Source: a virus (Duplodnaviria; Caudoviricetes). From it: DNA of 64,000 nt. Positions 29,532 through 39,278 of the stretch are shown piece by piece. Location of the stretch: the IMG/VR virus record IMGVR_UViG_3300037851_000284, positions 96,001 through 160,000 of that record; one strand, given 5' to 3'. A program made the translations under genes and the position numbers. Position 1 is the first letter of the stretch. Every line of letters starts with the position of its first letter. The notes under the pieces were generated by a model. It did not search any database. It saw only the letters and a list, made by a program, of their open reading frames with translations, and had not been told where the DNA came from.

Positions 29532-31009
29532 TATTTTCTCCTTGATAATAATACGTTTATAGCTCTTATTTTTTCATTTGCTTCGTCTGCTTCAGAATCA
29601 ACAAAAATATCATAGGTTTTGTTTAATATTAATAAAATATCTTCCTGATTTGTATCCGTAAGATAATAATTTTGTTGGGAACTATAACTATAATGACTCA
29701 TCGTAAATCCAATAGGAACCCAATGTAGAAAATCAGACCCGTATTCTAATATAAGCTCGATTCTAGATGGTTTTACAAATCCTCCTTTTATAACACACTT
29801 ATACTCTCCGTTATGAGTTATATCATTTGAATACGACGGTTCTGATAAATAATAATATGTATCAGTTCCATTTTTATTCGTAAAAACCTTTGATTCAGAC
29901 CAGATAATTTTAGGATAATAACCTAAATCATCTGGTTCTATATCTATAATAATTTCGTTAGTTATTGGAGCATCCGGAGTAAATGGTATAACGAGTTTGT
30001 ATTGAGGAGTAGTACCATTTGACACAGAAATATTTGACGAAACATATCTTCCTTGTAATGAATTGGGTATATCTAAAAGTATTGATTCTGCGTCCCTATT
30101 AAAAATCTTTCCGATATAATTTTTTAGAGCATATTCGTCTGGAATATATATATCTTTAGAATATATAGCCCCAATAGTCCCAGCAGCAAGGTCGTTCAGT
30201 CTATACGAGGTAGTTATTCTAATTTGTCTATTAAAAACGTCTACTTCTGTTTTAACTCCTTCAAATTCGCACCATCCAATTCCAGTATTGTCGTTAGAAT
30301 CTATCATCATTCTTCTATAGGATTCTATATCGGAAGGATTTGTACTTATAAAATGAACATCGGACCGTTTTGGTATTTTCCAATGAGACCCTATTCCTAA
30401 GGTTTTATTATTAGGATAAGTAGTCGCGTCAGGAATAGAAGTGGTAAAAAATATTCTAACGTTATTTATGTCAATCGGTTTTGATAAGGACCTAGACGCA
30501 TCTAAAGATAAAACGCCTCTGTGTTCATCTATACTTACTCCTTCGGATTCGAAACTCATATTGTCGGAACTTAAGAATGGGTTACTTGACGGAATCGTTA
30601 ATTCCCTTCCAATATACTTTTTATTCTTAATATACAAAGAATATACTTCTTGTTGAGTAGAAGTAAGATTTTCAAACGTTTTTAATCTTTGATACGAATT
30701 AAAATTAATTAAATTATTTACGTCGTTTTCTATTAGTTTTTGAGACGTAAAAATTTTCTGCATATCTATATTTATATTATTAATTAGTTTATTAAATTTT
30801 TGAGAATCAGGATAATCTTTTTCTTTTGGAATATCGTCTTTAGAAGAAATCTTACCACCAATTAATTTAAATAAATCATTTAGTCCTCGTAATATAGATT
30901 TCAAAAAAAGAGAATCTGTATGTATATTATAATTTTTATATACAATTTTAACTCTATTAAAGAAAGTTTCAACGTATTTTTGATTTATTTTGTGAAAATA
31001 TGATTTCAT
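29531..31009 (-). CDS. Putative virion structural protein, paralog family member
   Basis: KFNKLINNINID helical segment, SIDEHRGVLSL, MM...W.E segment shared with 31772..34033. Confidence 0.55.
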   Translation of the reverse strand: MKSYFHKINQKYVETFFNRVKIVYKNYNIHTDSLFLKSILRGLNDLFKLIGGKISSKDDIPKEKDYPDSQKFNKLINNINIDMQKIFTSQKLIENDVNNLINFNSYQRLKTFENLTSTQQEVYSLYIKNKKYIGRELTIPSSNPFLSSDNMSFESEGVSIDEHRGVLSLDASRSLSKPIDINNVRIFFTTSIPDATTYPNNKTLGIGSHWKIPKRSDVHFISTNPSDIESYRRMMIDSNDNTGIGWCEFEGVKTEVDVFNRQIRITTSYRLNDLAAGTIGAIYSKDIYIPDEYALKNYIGKIFNRDAESILLDIPNSLQGRYVSSNISVSNGTTPQYKLVIPFTPDAPITNEIIIDIEPDDLGYYPKIIWSESKVFTNKNGTDTYYYLSEPSYSNDITHNGEYKCVIKGGFVKPSRIELILEYGSDFLHWVPIGFTMSHYSYSSQQNYYLTDTNQEDILLILNKTYDIFVDSEADEANEKIRAINVLLSRRK

Positions 31010-31010
31010 T

Positions 31011-31772
31011 TTATCCCTTTAAATACTGACCATGTAGTTTAGCTATATAATAATCTACCGTAGGGGTAGAATAACTTTTCAACCCAGAATTTCCAGACAT
31101 TAAACACTTGATTTTAATAGAGTTATATGTTATAAAACAATGAAGTTTAATTTGAGATTGGTCAAACCCAGCAAGATTCTGGTTAGTATATAATTTATTA
31201 ATAATATTATCATAATAAAATTCTTTATTTGAATTCGCTTTAATATCAATTAGAGTTATATCAGTATTAAAAGTATCATAGTCAGTAACGTCTTTAACAA
31301 CGCTCCCGAATAATTCTAAAAATATTGGTCTTCCTGAATAAACTTTTATATCGTCTGTTGTTGCAATATCATCAATAGCAGTAACTTTAGAATAAAATCC
31401 TAGGTTTTTACCAAACTGATTGTATAGTAAGACATCAGGATTAAATGTTAATTTTTTATTATAATATTTTCCAACTTTATATAAAGAAGTTAAAGTCCAG
31501 TCAACTCCATTAGAATGTCTGGATATCCGAAGAGGTAACCCTTCAGAATCATACCAAAACCAATCTTTTGTTTCTGTATCATATTTTGAAATATCTATAA
31601 ATGGATTAATTGGGTTCTCTCCATCACATAGAGTAATAACAGATTTAAGACCATTTAGACCAGTTTCAATTTTTAAATTATCATTAGCATTTAATATTCT
31701 TTTTTTAGGAATAATATAAAAAGGAATATAGATATTATTTAATAGTATTGATTCAGGAGTATATTCTATCAT
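31011..31772 (-). CDS. Putative virion structural protein
   Basis: C-terminal STPTVDYYIAK resembles the C-termini of neighbours. Confidence 0.5.
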   Translation of the reverse strand: MIEYTPESILLNNIYIPFYIIPKKRILNANDNLKIETGLNGLKSVITLCDGENPINPFIDISKYDTETKDWFWYDSEGLPLRISRHSNGVDWTLTSLYKVGKYYNKKLTFNPDVLLYNQFGKNLGFYSKVTAIDDIATTDDIKVYSGRPIFLELFGSVVKDVTDYDTFNTDITLIDIKANSNKEFYYDNIINKLYTNQNLAGFDQSQIKLHCFITYNSIKIKCLMSGNSGLKSYSTPTVDYYIAKLHGQYLKG

Positions 31773-34033
31773 TATAATTCCCTCGTATCCGGTATGGGAG
31801 ACAAATTATAATAGACACTCAACACATCTAGATTTGCGTTACCAGAAAAATTACCAGTGTAGTGAGTAGTAGCATTAGCATATGTGCTATCTAATTTTGA
31901 TTCTCCAGTTTTAATATTAACAGAAAATCTATCGTAGGCAGCAGTAGTAGTATCTATAAGAGAAAGAAGAGATTTTGATATAAATATGCAATTATCAAAA
32001 TTAACACCAAACCAATCTTTTGCTTCCTCTATGGACGCTAAAGCATTAACAACAACAAAATCTTCATCTAAATATTTGTCGTTAGCATTAGGGTTGGTTT
32101 TTGTATATTTATTACTTGATATAAACGCTTCGAGTATTTCTCTTTTCACAGAAACTATTCCTAAAGAAAGACTTCTATTCTCTTGAGTTAATACGGATTT
32201 TGGAGATAGTACATATAAATTAACAGTTTTATATAAATCGGAAGGATACCGTATAACATAATCAGAATAATGAGGGTCTGTTATATTATGTAAATATAAA
32301 AGCCTAGAATTTAAAAATGATATTCTGGAATATACGCTTGATTTAAACTGACCATTTGTATAAATTCCCATCTCGCTGGTTGAAAATACATCTACTGGAA
32401 AATCTAATAGAACAAAACATCCTCCAGACCAGTTGCAATAGTTTGAATAAGTACTCATATCATATGGATATATAGGTTCCTTCCTATATACTAAAGTATT
32501 TTCTACTAAAGGAATATTTTTATTAGATACGTCTATATACCAATTACAGGTTGTTCCTGAAGGAGTTTCCTGTTTTGTTTTAATTGAAGCTGAAATCAGA
32601 GCTCTATCATTAAGTTTATAATCATTGGAATAAAAAACTGCTTTATCATGAGTATATAGTTCTAGTTTTGGTTCTATAGACCACAAACCAATTTCAAATT
32701 TGAATACATCTGAAAAATCTACTTTCACGATATTCGTTTCTGGTAATAGTAATTTTTCTATTCCAGTCAAAATATTTTCTATACTTGATGTAGATTCAAT
32801 TAAATCCATAATCTTATCATATAACGACTTATTAGAACTATTGATTGGTTCGGTTAAAAACTCACCTATTGTATTTCCGAATTTCACTAACTCATATCTT
32901 CTTTCACCCAAGTCAGTATTTATTTTTTCCTCGACTGATAAGGTAACAGAAGATTTAGAATTTAATAAAGAGTAATTTTCTTGATTAACAACTATCCTTA
33001 ACTTTTTTACTTTGACTCTTTCAATATTATAAAAAGAAACTACATCGAATCCTTCCCCTCTAACAGCATATTTTTTTGATTCGTACTGTTCTTCTTTTGA
33101 TAATAGAGGGTCTTCTGGTAAGAAATTTAGCGTTTTCCAACTTTCATCAACCCGTCCTTTATACAAAATAGCATCAATATTTAATGGTTTATCTCCAAAA
33201 ATATCAAAATCTATTCTATTAAATTCAACGATACTAGCATATTCAATATCTATTATTGAAGCCATTCCTTTGTAATTTCTATAAATGGGGGACTCAGCGG
33301 ACCCTATATTTATAATCATGGAAGGGACTTCATTTGTTATTATTTCTTCCTTCCACAAACCATTTTGCATCATATCTCTAGGACCATCAGTATAATTATC
33401 TTCAAAAGTGTTTAATATACTTGTAGTTTTAAAAACGCCACCGTTATCATTAGCTTCAGGATATGTTGTGGACTTTATAGATTTAATTTGATATGGTTTA
33501 TTTTGTGTCTCTGTTTTTATAGTATTCAAATATAAGTATCCGCTCTTTTTATCTACAATCGCGTCCCGAATAAAAGAAGAATTTATATCGGTGAAGAAAG
33601 ATTCCTGATATGATTCGTCGGATGGATTATAGTCATAAATATAAGTACGAATTAGATTAAGTTTATTCCATAAATCTCTTATTCTTTTCTTAACTGCTAG
33701 AAAATAATTTTTGTTTCTTTGTAGATTTAAATCCAATACTTTAGAAACTAAATTTAAGTCGGAATATAACGCATATAAATCAATATAAATTCCTTCAAAT
33801 AAGTCATTAAAATCTTTAGTTTTAATAATATCTTTCGATTTTACTATATATTTGTTAATATCTACTAATAAACCGCCAAGGGCCTGAAACTTATCCGTAT
33901 AAGATTTTATAACATTTCTTATAGCTTCTTCAGAGTTTAATAATTCCATGTTTGAATTATTACGTATATTTTGAGATATTAAACTATTCTGTATCTCTTT
34001 AATTTTACTCTGAAACCCAAAATTTTTATCCAT
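31772..34033 (-). CDS. Putative virion structural protein, paralog family member
   Basis: FNDLFEGIYID helix, YQESF...VDKKSGYLYL, discoidin-like EFNRIDFD...W. Confidence 0.55.
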   Translation of the reverse strand: MDKNFGFQSKIKEIQNSLISQNIRNNSNMELLNSEEAIRNVIKSYTDKFQALGGLLVDINKYIVKSKDIIKTKDFNDLFEGIYIDLYALYSDLNLVSKVLDLNLQRNKNYFLAVKKRIRDLWNKLNLIRTYIYDYNPSDESYQESFFTDINSSFIRDAIVDKKSGYLYLNTIKTETQNKPYQIKSIKSTTYPEANDNGGVFKTTSILNTFEDNYTDGPRDMMQNGLWKEEIITNEVPSMIINIGSAESPIYRNYKGMASIIDIEYASIVEFNRIDFDIFGDKPLNIDAILYKGRVDESWKTLNFLPEDPLLSKEEQYESKKYAVRGEGFDVVSFYNIERVKVKKLRIVVNQENYSLLNSKSSVTLSVEEKINTDLGERRYELVKFGNTIGEFLTEPINSSNKSLYDKIMDLIESTSSIENILTGIEKLLLPETNIVKVDFSDVFKFEIGLWSIEPKLELYTHDKAVFYSNDYKLNDRALISASIKTKQETPSGTTCNWYIDVSNKNIPLVENTLVYRKEPIYPYDMSTYSNYCNWSGGCFVLLDFPVDVFSTSEMGIYTNGQFKSSVYSRISFLNSRLLYLHNITDPHYSDYVIRYPSDLYKTVNLYVLSPKSVLTQENRSLSLGIVSVKREILEAFISSNKYTKTNPNANDKYLDEDFVVVNALASIEEAKDWFGVNFDNCIFISKSLLSLIDTTTAAYDRFSVNIKTGESKLDSTYANATTHYTGNFSGNANLDVLSVYYNLSPIPDTREL

Positions 34034-34034
34034 T

Positions 34035-35930
34035 TTAATGTCCTAAATCTAATATTGACCCAGAAATAACTCCAGAAATAACTGGCATTATTATATAATC
34101 AGTACCAGCAGATATATATCTCTTAATTACTTGATCTATATAATGTTTAAATTCGCGTTCGGCTATAAGTTCGGCGTCTTCTACATTAGTATAAGTTTTA
34201 AAATGGTCAATCCACTTTTGTTTTATGGAGGTAATAGTAGTATCTGGAAGATGAATAATTATTAGACTGCTTCCCGAAAGAGCCTTTCCGTCATAATTAC
34301 CTAAATCGGAATACCAATCCTTTTCATGATAATAGTTTCCGCTAAGATTGGTTCTAAACCAGTCTTCTAATTTATTATCAATTTCTAAGCTACCTATTCT
34401 CCTAGCATCTGTTAATTTTACTAAGTCTGGAGTTAGCTTATTAAGGTCTATCTCGCATATTCTAAAATAACTATCATCCATTGTTACAGATGAGGAACTT
34501 AATGACCCTACATCATATATACCACTAGCTGTATAAGGAGTTGAAATATTGTATATATAGGGAACTCCTCCGCTAGAATACGGAGCTAATGCTATTCCTA
34601 ATCCATCAGTATAATTATTTATATGAAAAGCAAATCCTCCACTAGTAGATATTTTAGGATTAAGTTCTAGATTCTCAAGCATAACGAATCCGCTATTATT
34701 TAAATAATACGATAACTCTATCTCGTCTGTGACATTAAACGTTGTATTAAATTCTATAAATCCTTTTTGGCGGTCTAAAGATTTTATTTTAATATCTTGT
34801 CTAGTTTTCCCGTTTATATCCACAGCAAAAGTTCCAGACGGAGAATATAATCCACTACTAGTTTTATCATATAAGTTTATTCTATAATTTGGATAGACAT
34901 ATTGTGATTCATCCACATCAATAGGAGTCTCTTTTACTTGTAATATATTTTTATTAACATAAGTCGGTTTAATATTGGTTATAGCAATATTAGAACTATT
35001 ATATATATTTTCTACGTTATATAAATATCCGCTATTTCCAGTATATAGACCGGATTTAGTACAAAATGCTCCTATATTTAAGCGTAATTTCCATTGCGCG
35101 TCTTTATCAGACATATAAGTATTCTGACTTTTAATAGTAATAATATCCAACGGATTAACTCTTTTTGAAGGGTCTTTAATAATATTAATAGGAGCACCCT
35201 TTGTATTTAATTTTCCTCCAGATAATACATTTAATCCAGAGGACGTAATTGAATAATCCGTGTCTGCTTTATAAATCGCTTTTAATTCGATTAATTCTTT
35301 TTGATACACATTAACGTTATTAACTATTTTATTATAATCAATTGTATAAAAATCTTTTTTGGATGAGAATTCGAATGGTAATAAAACCCTTATCCTGTGG
35401 ACAGTAGCAGATTTTATATTTTCCCAAGTAGTAGAAGAATATCTTAAGTTACCATCTTTCAATAGATTATAACTATACTGGATTTTATAATCGTTTTTAT
35501 TTACAACCGTTTCGTTATTCTTATATATATTTTTTATTGCTATTCCTGATATATCTGAATAAGCATCGAATAACAATTCATATTGATAAAATAAGTTTCC
35601 ATAATCAGTAACTAGATATTCTAGTTTATGATTATTTGTAGAAGAATAAGGATAATGGGTTATTGGATAATTTGTTCCGCTATAAGATAAGGTTTCCATT
35701 TTATGAAAATCCTGCGTATTTTCATAAATATCGTTTTCCCTTGATATTAAATTTACTATTTTGTTTGGGCTGAATCCTTCATATTCTATAGCAGCAATTG
35801 GACAATCTCCACCTTGATATGGTTGTTCAGTACATATTAATTGAGGATTGAATGCTTGAGTCCTAGATATATTTAAATAATAGCTTGGCTGACCTACACC
35901 AGATATATTTCCACTAATTAATAAATCCAT
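34035..35930 (-). CDS. Putative baseplate wedge/structural protein, SG-rich
   Basis: Long beta-rich ORF with a helical C-terminus; 18 SG dipeptides by manual count. Confidence 0.55.
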   Translation of the reverse strand: MDLLISGNISGVGQPSYYLNISRTQAFNPQLICTEQPYQGGDCPIAAIEYEGFSPNKIVNLISRENDIYENTQDFHKMETLSYSGTNYPITHYPYSSTNNHKLEYLVTDYGNLFYQYELLFDAYSDISGIAIKNIYKNNETVVNKNDYKIQYSYNLLKDGNLRYSSTTWENIKSATVHRIRVLLPFEFSSKKDFYTIDYNKIVNNVNVYQKELIELKAIYKADTDYSITSSGLNVLSGGKLNTKGAPINIIKDPSKRVNPLDIITIKSQNTYMSDKDAQWKLRLNIGAFCTKSGLYTGNSGYLYNVENIYNSSNIAITNIKPTYVNKNILQVKETPIDVDESQYVYPNYRINLYDKTSSGLYSPSGTFAVDINGKTRQDIKIKSLDRQKGFIEFNTTFNVTDEIELSYYLNNSGFVMLENLELNPKISTSGGFAFHINNYTDGLGIALAPYSSGGVPYIYNISTPYTASGIYDVGSLSSSSVTMDDSYFRICEIDLNKLTPDLVKLTDARRIGSLEIDNKLEDWFRTNLSGNYYHEKDWYSDLGNYDGKALSGSSLIIIHLPDTTITSIKQKWIDHFKTYTNVEDAELIAEREFKHYIDQVIKRYISAGTDYIIMPVISGVISGSILDLGH

Positions 35931-37039
35931 TGAGGTCCTCGTTTTCTAACAGAAATTTTATTATATTTATCAATTTCTTTAACTGCTTTTTTTGAATAAT
36001 CTATATTAGAATGGTATATAATATTTTTAAGAACAGGCTTATAGAATTTATTTTGTTCTTGAATAGATTGTGAAGAAAGAATATTATTTTCTGTTGTATA
36101 TAACGGACTTGGACTAAAATACGGAGGAGTCGTATTATTAGCAACAGGACAATATCCGGCGCCTATATCGATTCTAGGATTACCAAAGAGGTCAATGCTG
36201 TAACCAACATAAGGACTATTTCCGACCCGAGGAGGGGCGGTTACATTGACTAGAATAGTAGATAAGTTTAAAACGCTTGAACTTTGTTCTCCTTGAGACC
36301 ATAGGGTATATGGAGAATTATAACTTCTATTTTCTATCCATTCTCCAGACCATCCCCATTGATTAGAAGTATCAACGACTGTAGTACAAATAGAAGCCGT
36401 GTTGTCGTTGAATCCGCTATCTTCAATAGCACAATGGTCTAAAGTAATTATAAAATTTCCAGATAATTCATATGCAGAATAAGAAGTAAGGTTTGTTGTT
36501 TGTAATAAACTATCTTTAAATATTACTTGACTAGAACTCGTTGGTTCATCTGGAAAATTTATACAAATACAATCGTTACTACCATTAGAAAATATAGTAC
36601 ACCCTAAAATCGAGGACGTTTCGTTATCATTAATATAAATATCAACAAGACTTGTTTCGATGTAAGTTGTTTTAAAAGTTACATTCGATTCTACTTCTAA
36701 TCCTTGAACAATAAAAAGTAATCCTCCATCAATAATTGACCCAGAAGCAATTGAAATTACTGGTTGACGCCAATGTTCTGACGGATTTCCTTGATTATAA
36801 GTCATAATCCAAGGTTCGTCAACGCCATTTTCTTGATTTGTATGCCAAGGATGAATTTCTCCGCAAATAGTCAAATGAGCATGTTCTGCAGTATATAAGT
36901 GACTTCCAGTACCCTTAACATATAAAATATCAGAATGTGTAGTAATTACTTTATGCAACCATTCCTCTAATCCATAAGGATTACTAGTAGTTCCAGTTCC
37001 ACCAGAAGCCAAAGATAGATTATAATATAAATTTGCCAT
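35918..37039 (-). CDS. Putative right-handed beta-helix tail protein
   Basis: GGTGTTSNPY N-terminus typical of beta-helix proteins, repeating short beta/turn pattern, DLFGNPRIDIGAGY cap. Confidence 0.55.
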   Translation of the reverse strand: MANLYYNLSLASGGTGTTSNPYGLEEWLHKVITTHSDILYVKGTGSHLYTAEHAHLTICGEIHPWHTNQENGVDEPWIMTYNQGNPSEHWRQPVISIASGSIIDGGLLFIVQGLEVESNVTFKTTYIETSLVDIYINDNETSSILGCTIFSNGSNDCICINFPDEPTSSSQVIFKDSLLQTTNLTSYSAYELSGNFIITLDHCAIEDSGFNDNTASICTTVVDTSNQWGWSGEWIENRSYNSPYTLWSQGEQSSSVLNLSTILVNVTAPPRVGNSPYVGYSIDLFGNPRIDIGAGYCPVANNTTPPYFSPSPLYTTENNILSSQSIQEQNKFYKPVLKNIIYHSNIDYSKKAVKEIDKYNKISVRKRGPQWIY

Positions 37040-37041
37040 AT

Positions 37042-37455
37042 TTAGTACTGATAATATCTTGGTGATAGCCTGATAGGGTTACCACTTGCTATAACTCCGG
37101 CCTTATCAGGAGGAAGCAATTCTGACCATAATACTCCACTATTTGTATTATTATATGATACAAAATAACTATATACGTTTGCCCAAGATCCAGAAGCGAC
37201 AGTAAAAGTAACTTCAGATCCAAATAAGTGAGGGTCTGTTCCAGAAACAACTACCCAGTTAGAACATAGTTTTCTAGAATATCCACTACACGTCGTACTA
37301 GATAACTCAGTTAATCCTGAAGGAGTCTGATAACTTCTGGTAGGAACGACGGTGTTAGTGGCAAGACCTACATATACTCCACCATTACCCTCTATCTTAG
37401 TTTGTATGGCGCTTAATAACCAATATTGACCGCTTGTTGAAATTATTCCATTCAT
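37042..37455 (-). CDS. Phage tail-fibre-associated small protein
   Basis: YVGLAT...TELS...GYSRK...VTFTVASGSW...YFV...LW pattern typical of small phage tail proteins. Confidence 0.65.
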   Translation of the reverse strand: MNGIISTSGQYWLLSAIQTKIEGNGGVYVGLATNTVVPTRSYQTPSGLTELSSTTCSGYSRKLCSNWVVVSGTDPHLFGSEVTFTVASGSWANVYSYFVSYNNTNSGVLWSELLPPDKAGVIASGNPIRLSPRYYQY

Positions 37456-38067
37456 TTAAATAAGTCCATCTATTATCTTTAATTCATCTATTGCACAACT
37501 CATTGTAGAAAGTTGATCAATAATACTAAGATCTTTTCCGAGAGTTGTATCAAAGACTGCTTCTGGAGTAAATGTTTTTTCAACATCATCCATTAATATT
37601 ATAAATTTAGTTGCAGATTTATCATATTTAACAATAATATGATGCCAATCTGTGTCACTAATCACTGCATCACTATGATATTCAACCTCACCATTTGGAT
37701 CATATATCATAAAGTTTTGAGTAGATTTTACTAATTGTAATGACCAATAATAACCACCTGTTGTATCATAAAAATTAAGAATAGTTATATTATTCAATGC
37801 TTCGGAATCATAACTAATTTGTTTGTAATAAAAATCTGCCTCGAAATCTTGAGAAGTATTAAAAGATTCAATATTTTGATTTGTAATTCTCCAAGTATCT
37901 TGTATAGCTCATTCTTCAACAGTAACATAAAGACATCTACCGACATACCCATCGATATACGCCCACTCGTCCCCTTTATGAGTTACTATTAAGTTATTAG
38001 GTCCCGAATCTGTATCATTATCTTCAAACTTAAGAAATAATATAGTTCCACTACTTGTAGCAGATGT
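37456..38067 (-). pseudogene. Second LamG/ConA-like domain, in frame with 38068..39087 but cut off by TAG (38068-38070) and interrupted by TGA (37909-37911)
   Basis: In-frame translation after the TAG: TSATSSG-TILFLKFEDNDTDSGPNNL...YIDGYVGRCLYVTVEE*AIQDTW...FEADFYYK...WHHIIVKYD...IDELKI. The track's 37456..37797 ORF is only its C-terminal part (TTG start). Confidence 0.8.
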
Positions 38068-39087
38068 CTAACCAGACCCAACTATATCGATTCTAGAAAT
38101 ATTAGACCAATAACCTGAATTGTCTACTGTTGCTAAAAGCTTGGCTTGACAACTATTTATAGCAGTTATTCTACTACAAGTATGATATAAATTTGCATAT
38201 CCAAACTTATTAGTATATCCTGTGTCGGCTACTTTCCAAGAACCACTATAATTCAAGTATAAAGATACTGGAATATTAGACAAATAAAGAGGTTGAGCAT
38301 TTATATTAGTATAAACCTCTGCTTTAAATTGCAGCTTATCATTAGTACCAGATTTATAAGGCGTAAGTCTTTGATTTTTAATGACTGGCACAACTTTATT
38401 AGTATTTTTAAGTATTATTCTTCTATCGGTAGAAGTTGTTGTTGGACCATCATCATTATCTACATTATCTACTGATATTACACTATCATAAATTCTTATT
38501 TCATCAATCAATCCAGCAAACTGAGAATACCACGCCGCGCCAAAACGCAATGTTACTAGATTATTAGCAATAAATCTTTGCGTAGTGGGGTCATTTAATA
38601 TTTCTACGCCGTCAAGATAAACGAAGGAATATCCATTATTATATGTCCATAATATTTCATGTAGGTCGCTGTCACCAATAGTCCTGGTGCAATTAACATT
38701 AACTCCTCCGACGTTTAAGGCAATAGCCGTTTCGTACGGACTGTCTATTTCACCAGCAAGACGAATACCCCAATCAGCAGCTATGCTAGATGTAACGCCG
38801 CCTTTTGCAACAGGAAAAAAGGCGTTTACGACATCCGTAGTCTCCACCTTAATCCAAAAACGAACGGAAAAGGATGCAGTAGGAGCAAAATTAAAAAGAG
38901 CATTATTTGCCACTACTAATGCGCCATAATCATTCTGTGCTAATTTGCTAAAATTAAGACGAAATGCTTGACCGACAGCCCCAGCAGCATAGGTAGGAGT
39001 CAGTGACCCCTCCCAGGTCGCATACAAGCCAGCCTTTGACTCATCTGGATTATTTTCGCCTTTCCACCACAGTATAGGAGCAGTCAT
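38068..39087 (-). CDS. LamG/ConA-like lectin-domain tail protein with C-terminal shared adaptor module
   Basis: LWWKGE...YAAGAVGQAF...FSVRFWIK...LHEILWTY...VYLDG...FAGLIDEIRIYD (LamG), followed by the TDRR... module. Confidence 0.8.
   Translation of the reverse strand: MTAPILWWKGENNPDESKAGLYATWEGSLTPTYAAGAVGQAFRLNFSKLAQNDYGALVVANNALFNFAPTASFSVRFWIKVETTDVVNAFFPVAKGGVTSSIAADWGIRLAGEIDSPYETAIALNVGGVNVNCTRTIGDSDLHEILWTYNNGYSFVYLDGVEILNDPTTQRFIANNLVTLRFGAAWYSQFAGLIDEIRIYDSVISVDNVDNDDGPTTTSTDRRIILKNTNKVVPVIKNQRLTPYKSGTNDKLQFKAEVYTNINAQPLYLSNIPVSLYLNYSGSWKVADTGYTNKFGYANLYHTCSRITAINSCQAKLLATVDNSGYWSNISRIDIVGSG
38071..38430 (-). repeat. Copy 1 of a ~115-120-aa Ig-like adaptor module (protein-level repeat)
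   Basis: TDRRIILK...NQRLTPY...YLNYSGSW...YTNKFGYANL...CSRITAINSC...WSNISRI aligns by eye with copy 2. Confidence 0.75.
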
Positions 39088-39094
39088 TATGGCC

Positions 39095-39278
39095 TCATAT
39101 GTTTTCTACGGTAACGTATCCGATGTATTTATCTATATTAGTGATATTACTACAAGAGTAAGTTATACTGATAATTTCATCTCTATTAGTATAGATGTTT
39201 GCATATTTTACAAATTCGTTTGTATAGTTTAGGAGAAATATTTCTTTTTAGAGTATGTCTTCTATTGGCGGTAATGTT
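39095..39278 (-). pseudogene. Decayed third copy of the adaptor module (internal deletion plus frameshift)
   Basis: In frame after the TAA of 39279..40721: NITANRRHTLKRNISP. In the +1 frame: FLLNYTNEFVKYANIYTNRDEIISITYSCSNITNIDKYIGYVTVENI*. These match the two ends of copy 2, with about 40 aa missing between them. Confidence 0.8.

Noticed and set aside
37456-37797. Independent 113-aa gene as given by the ORF track
   Set aside because: TTG start with no clear SD, beginning mid-LamG fold; the upstream in-frame sequence supplies the missing N-terminal part.
37456-39087. Genome-wide stop-codon reassignment (code 15 or code 4/25) to explain the in-frame TAG and TGA
   Set aside because: All other long genes, up to 2349 aa, are uninterrupted under code 11. 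TGA ends genes in coupled overlaps (e.g. 5685-5688, 13002-13005, 17094-17097) and TAG ends several genes (3005, 16084, 19401, 19838).
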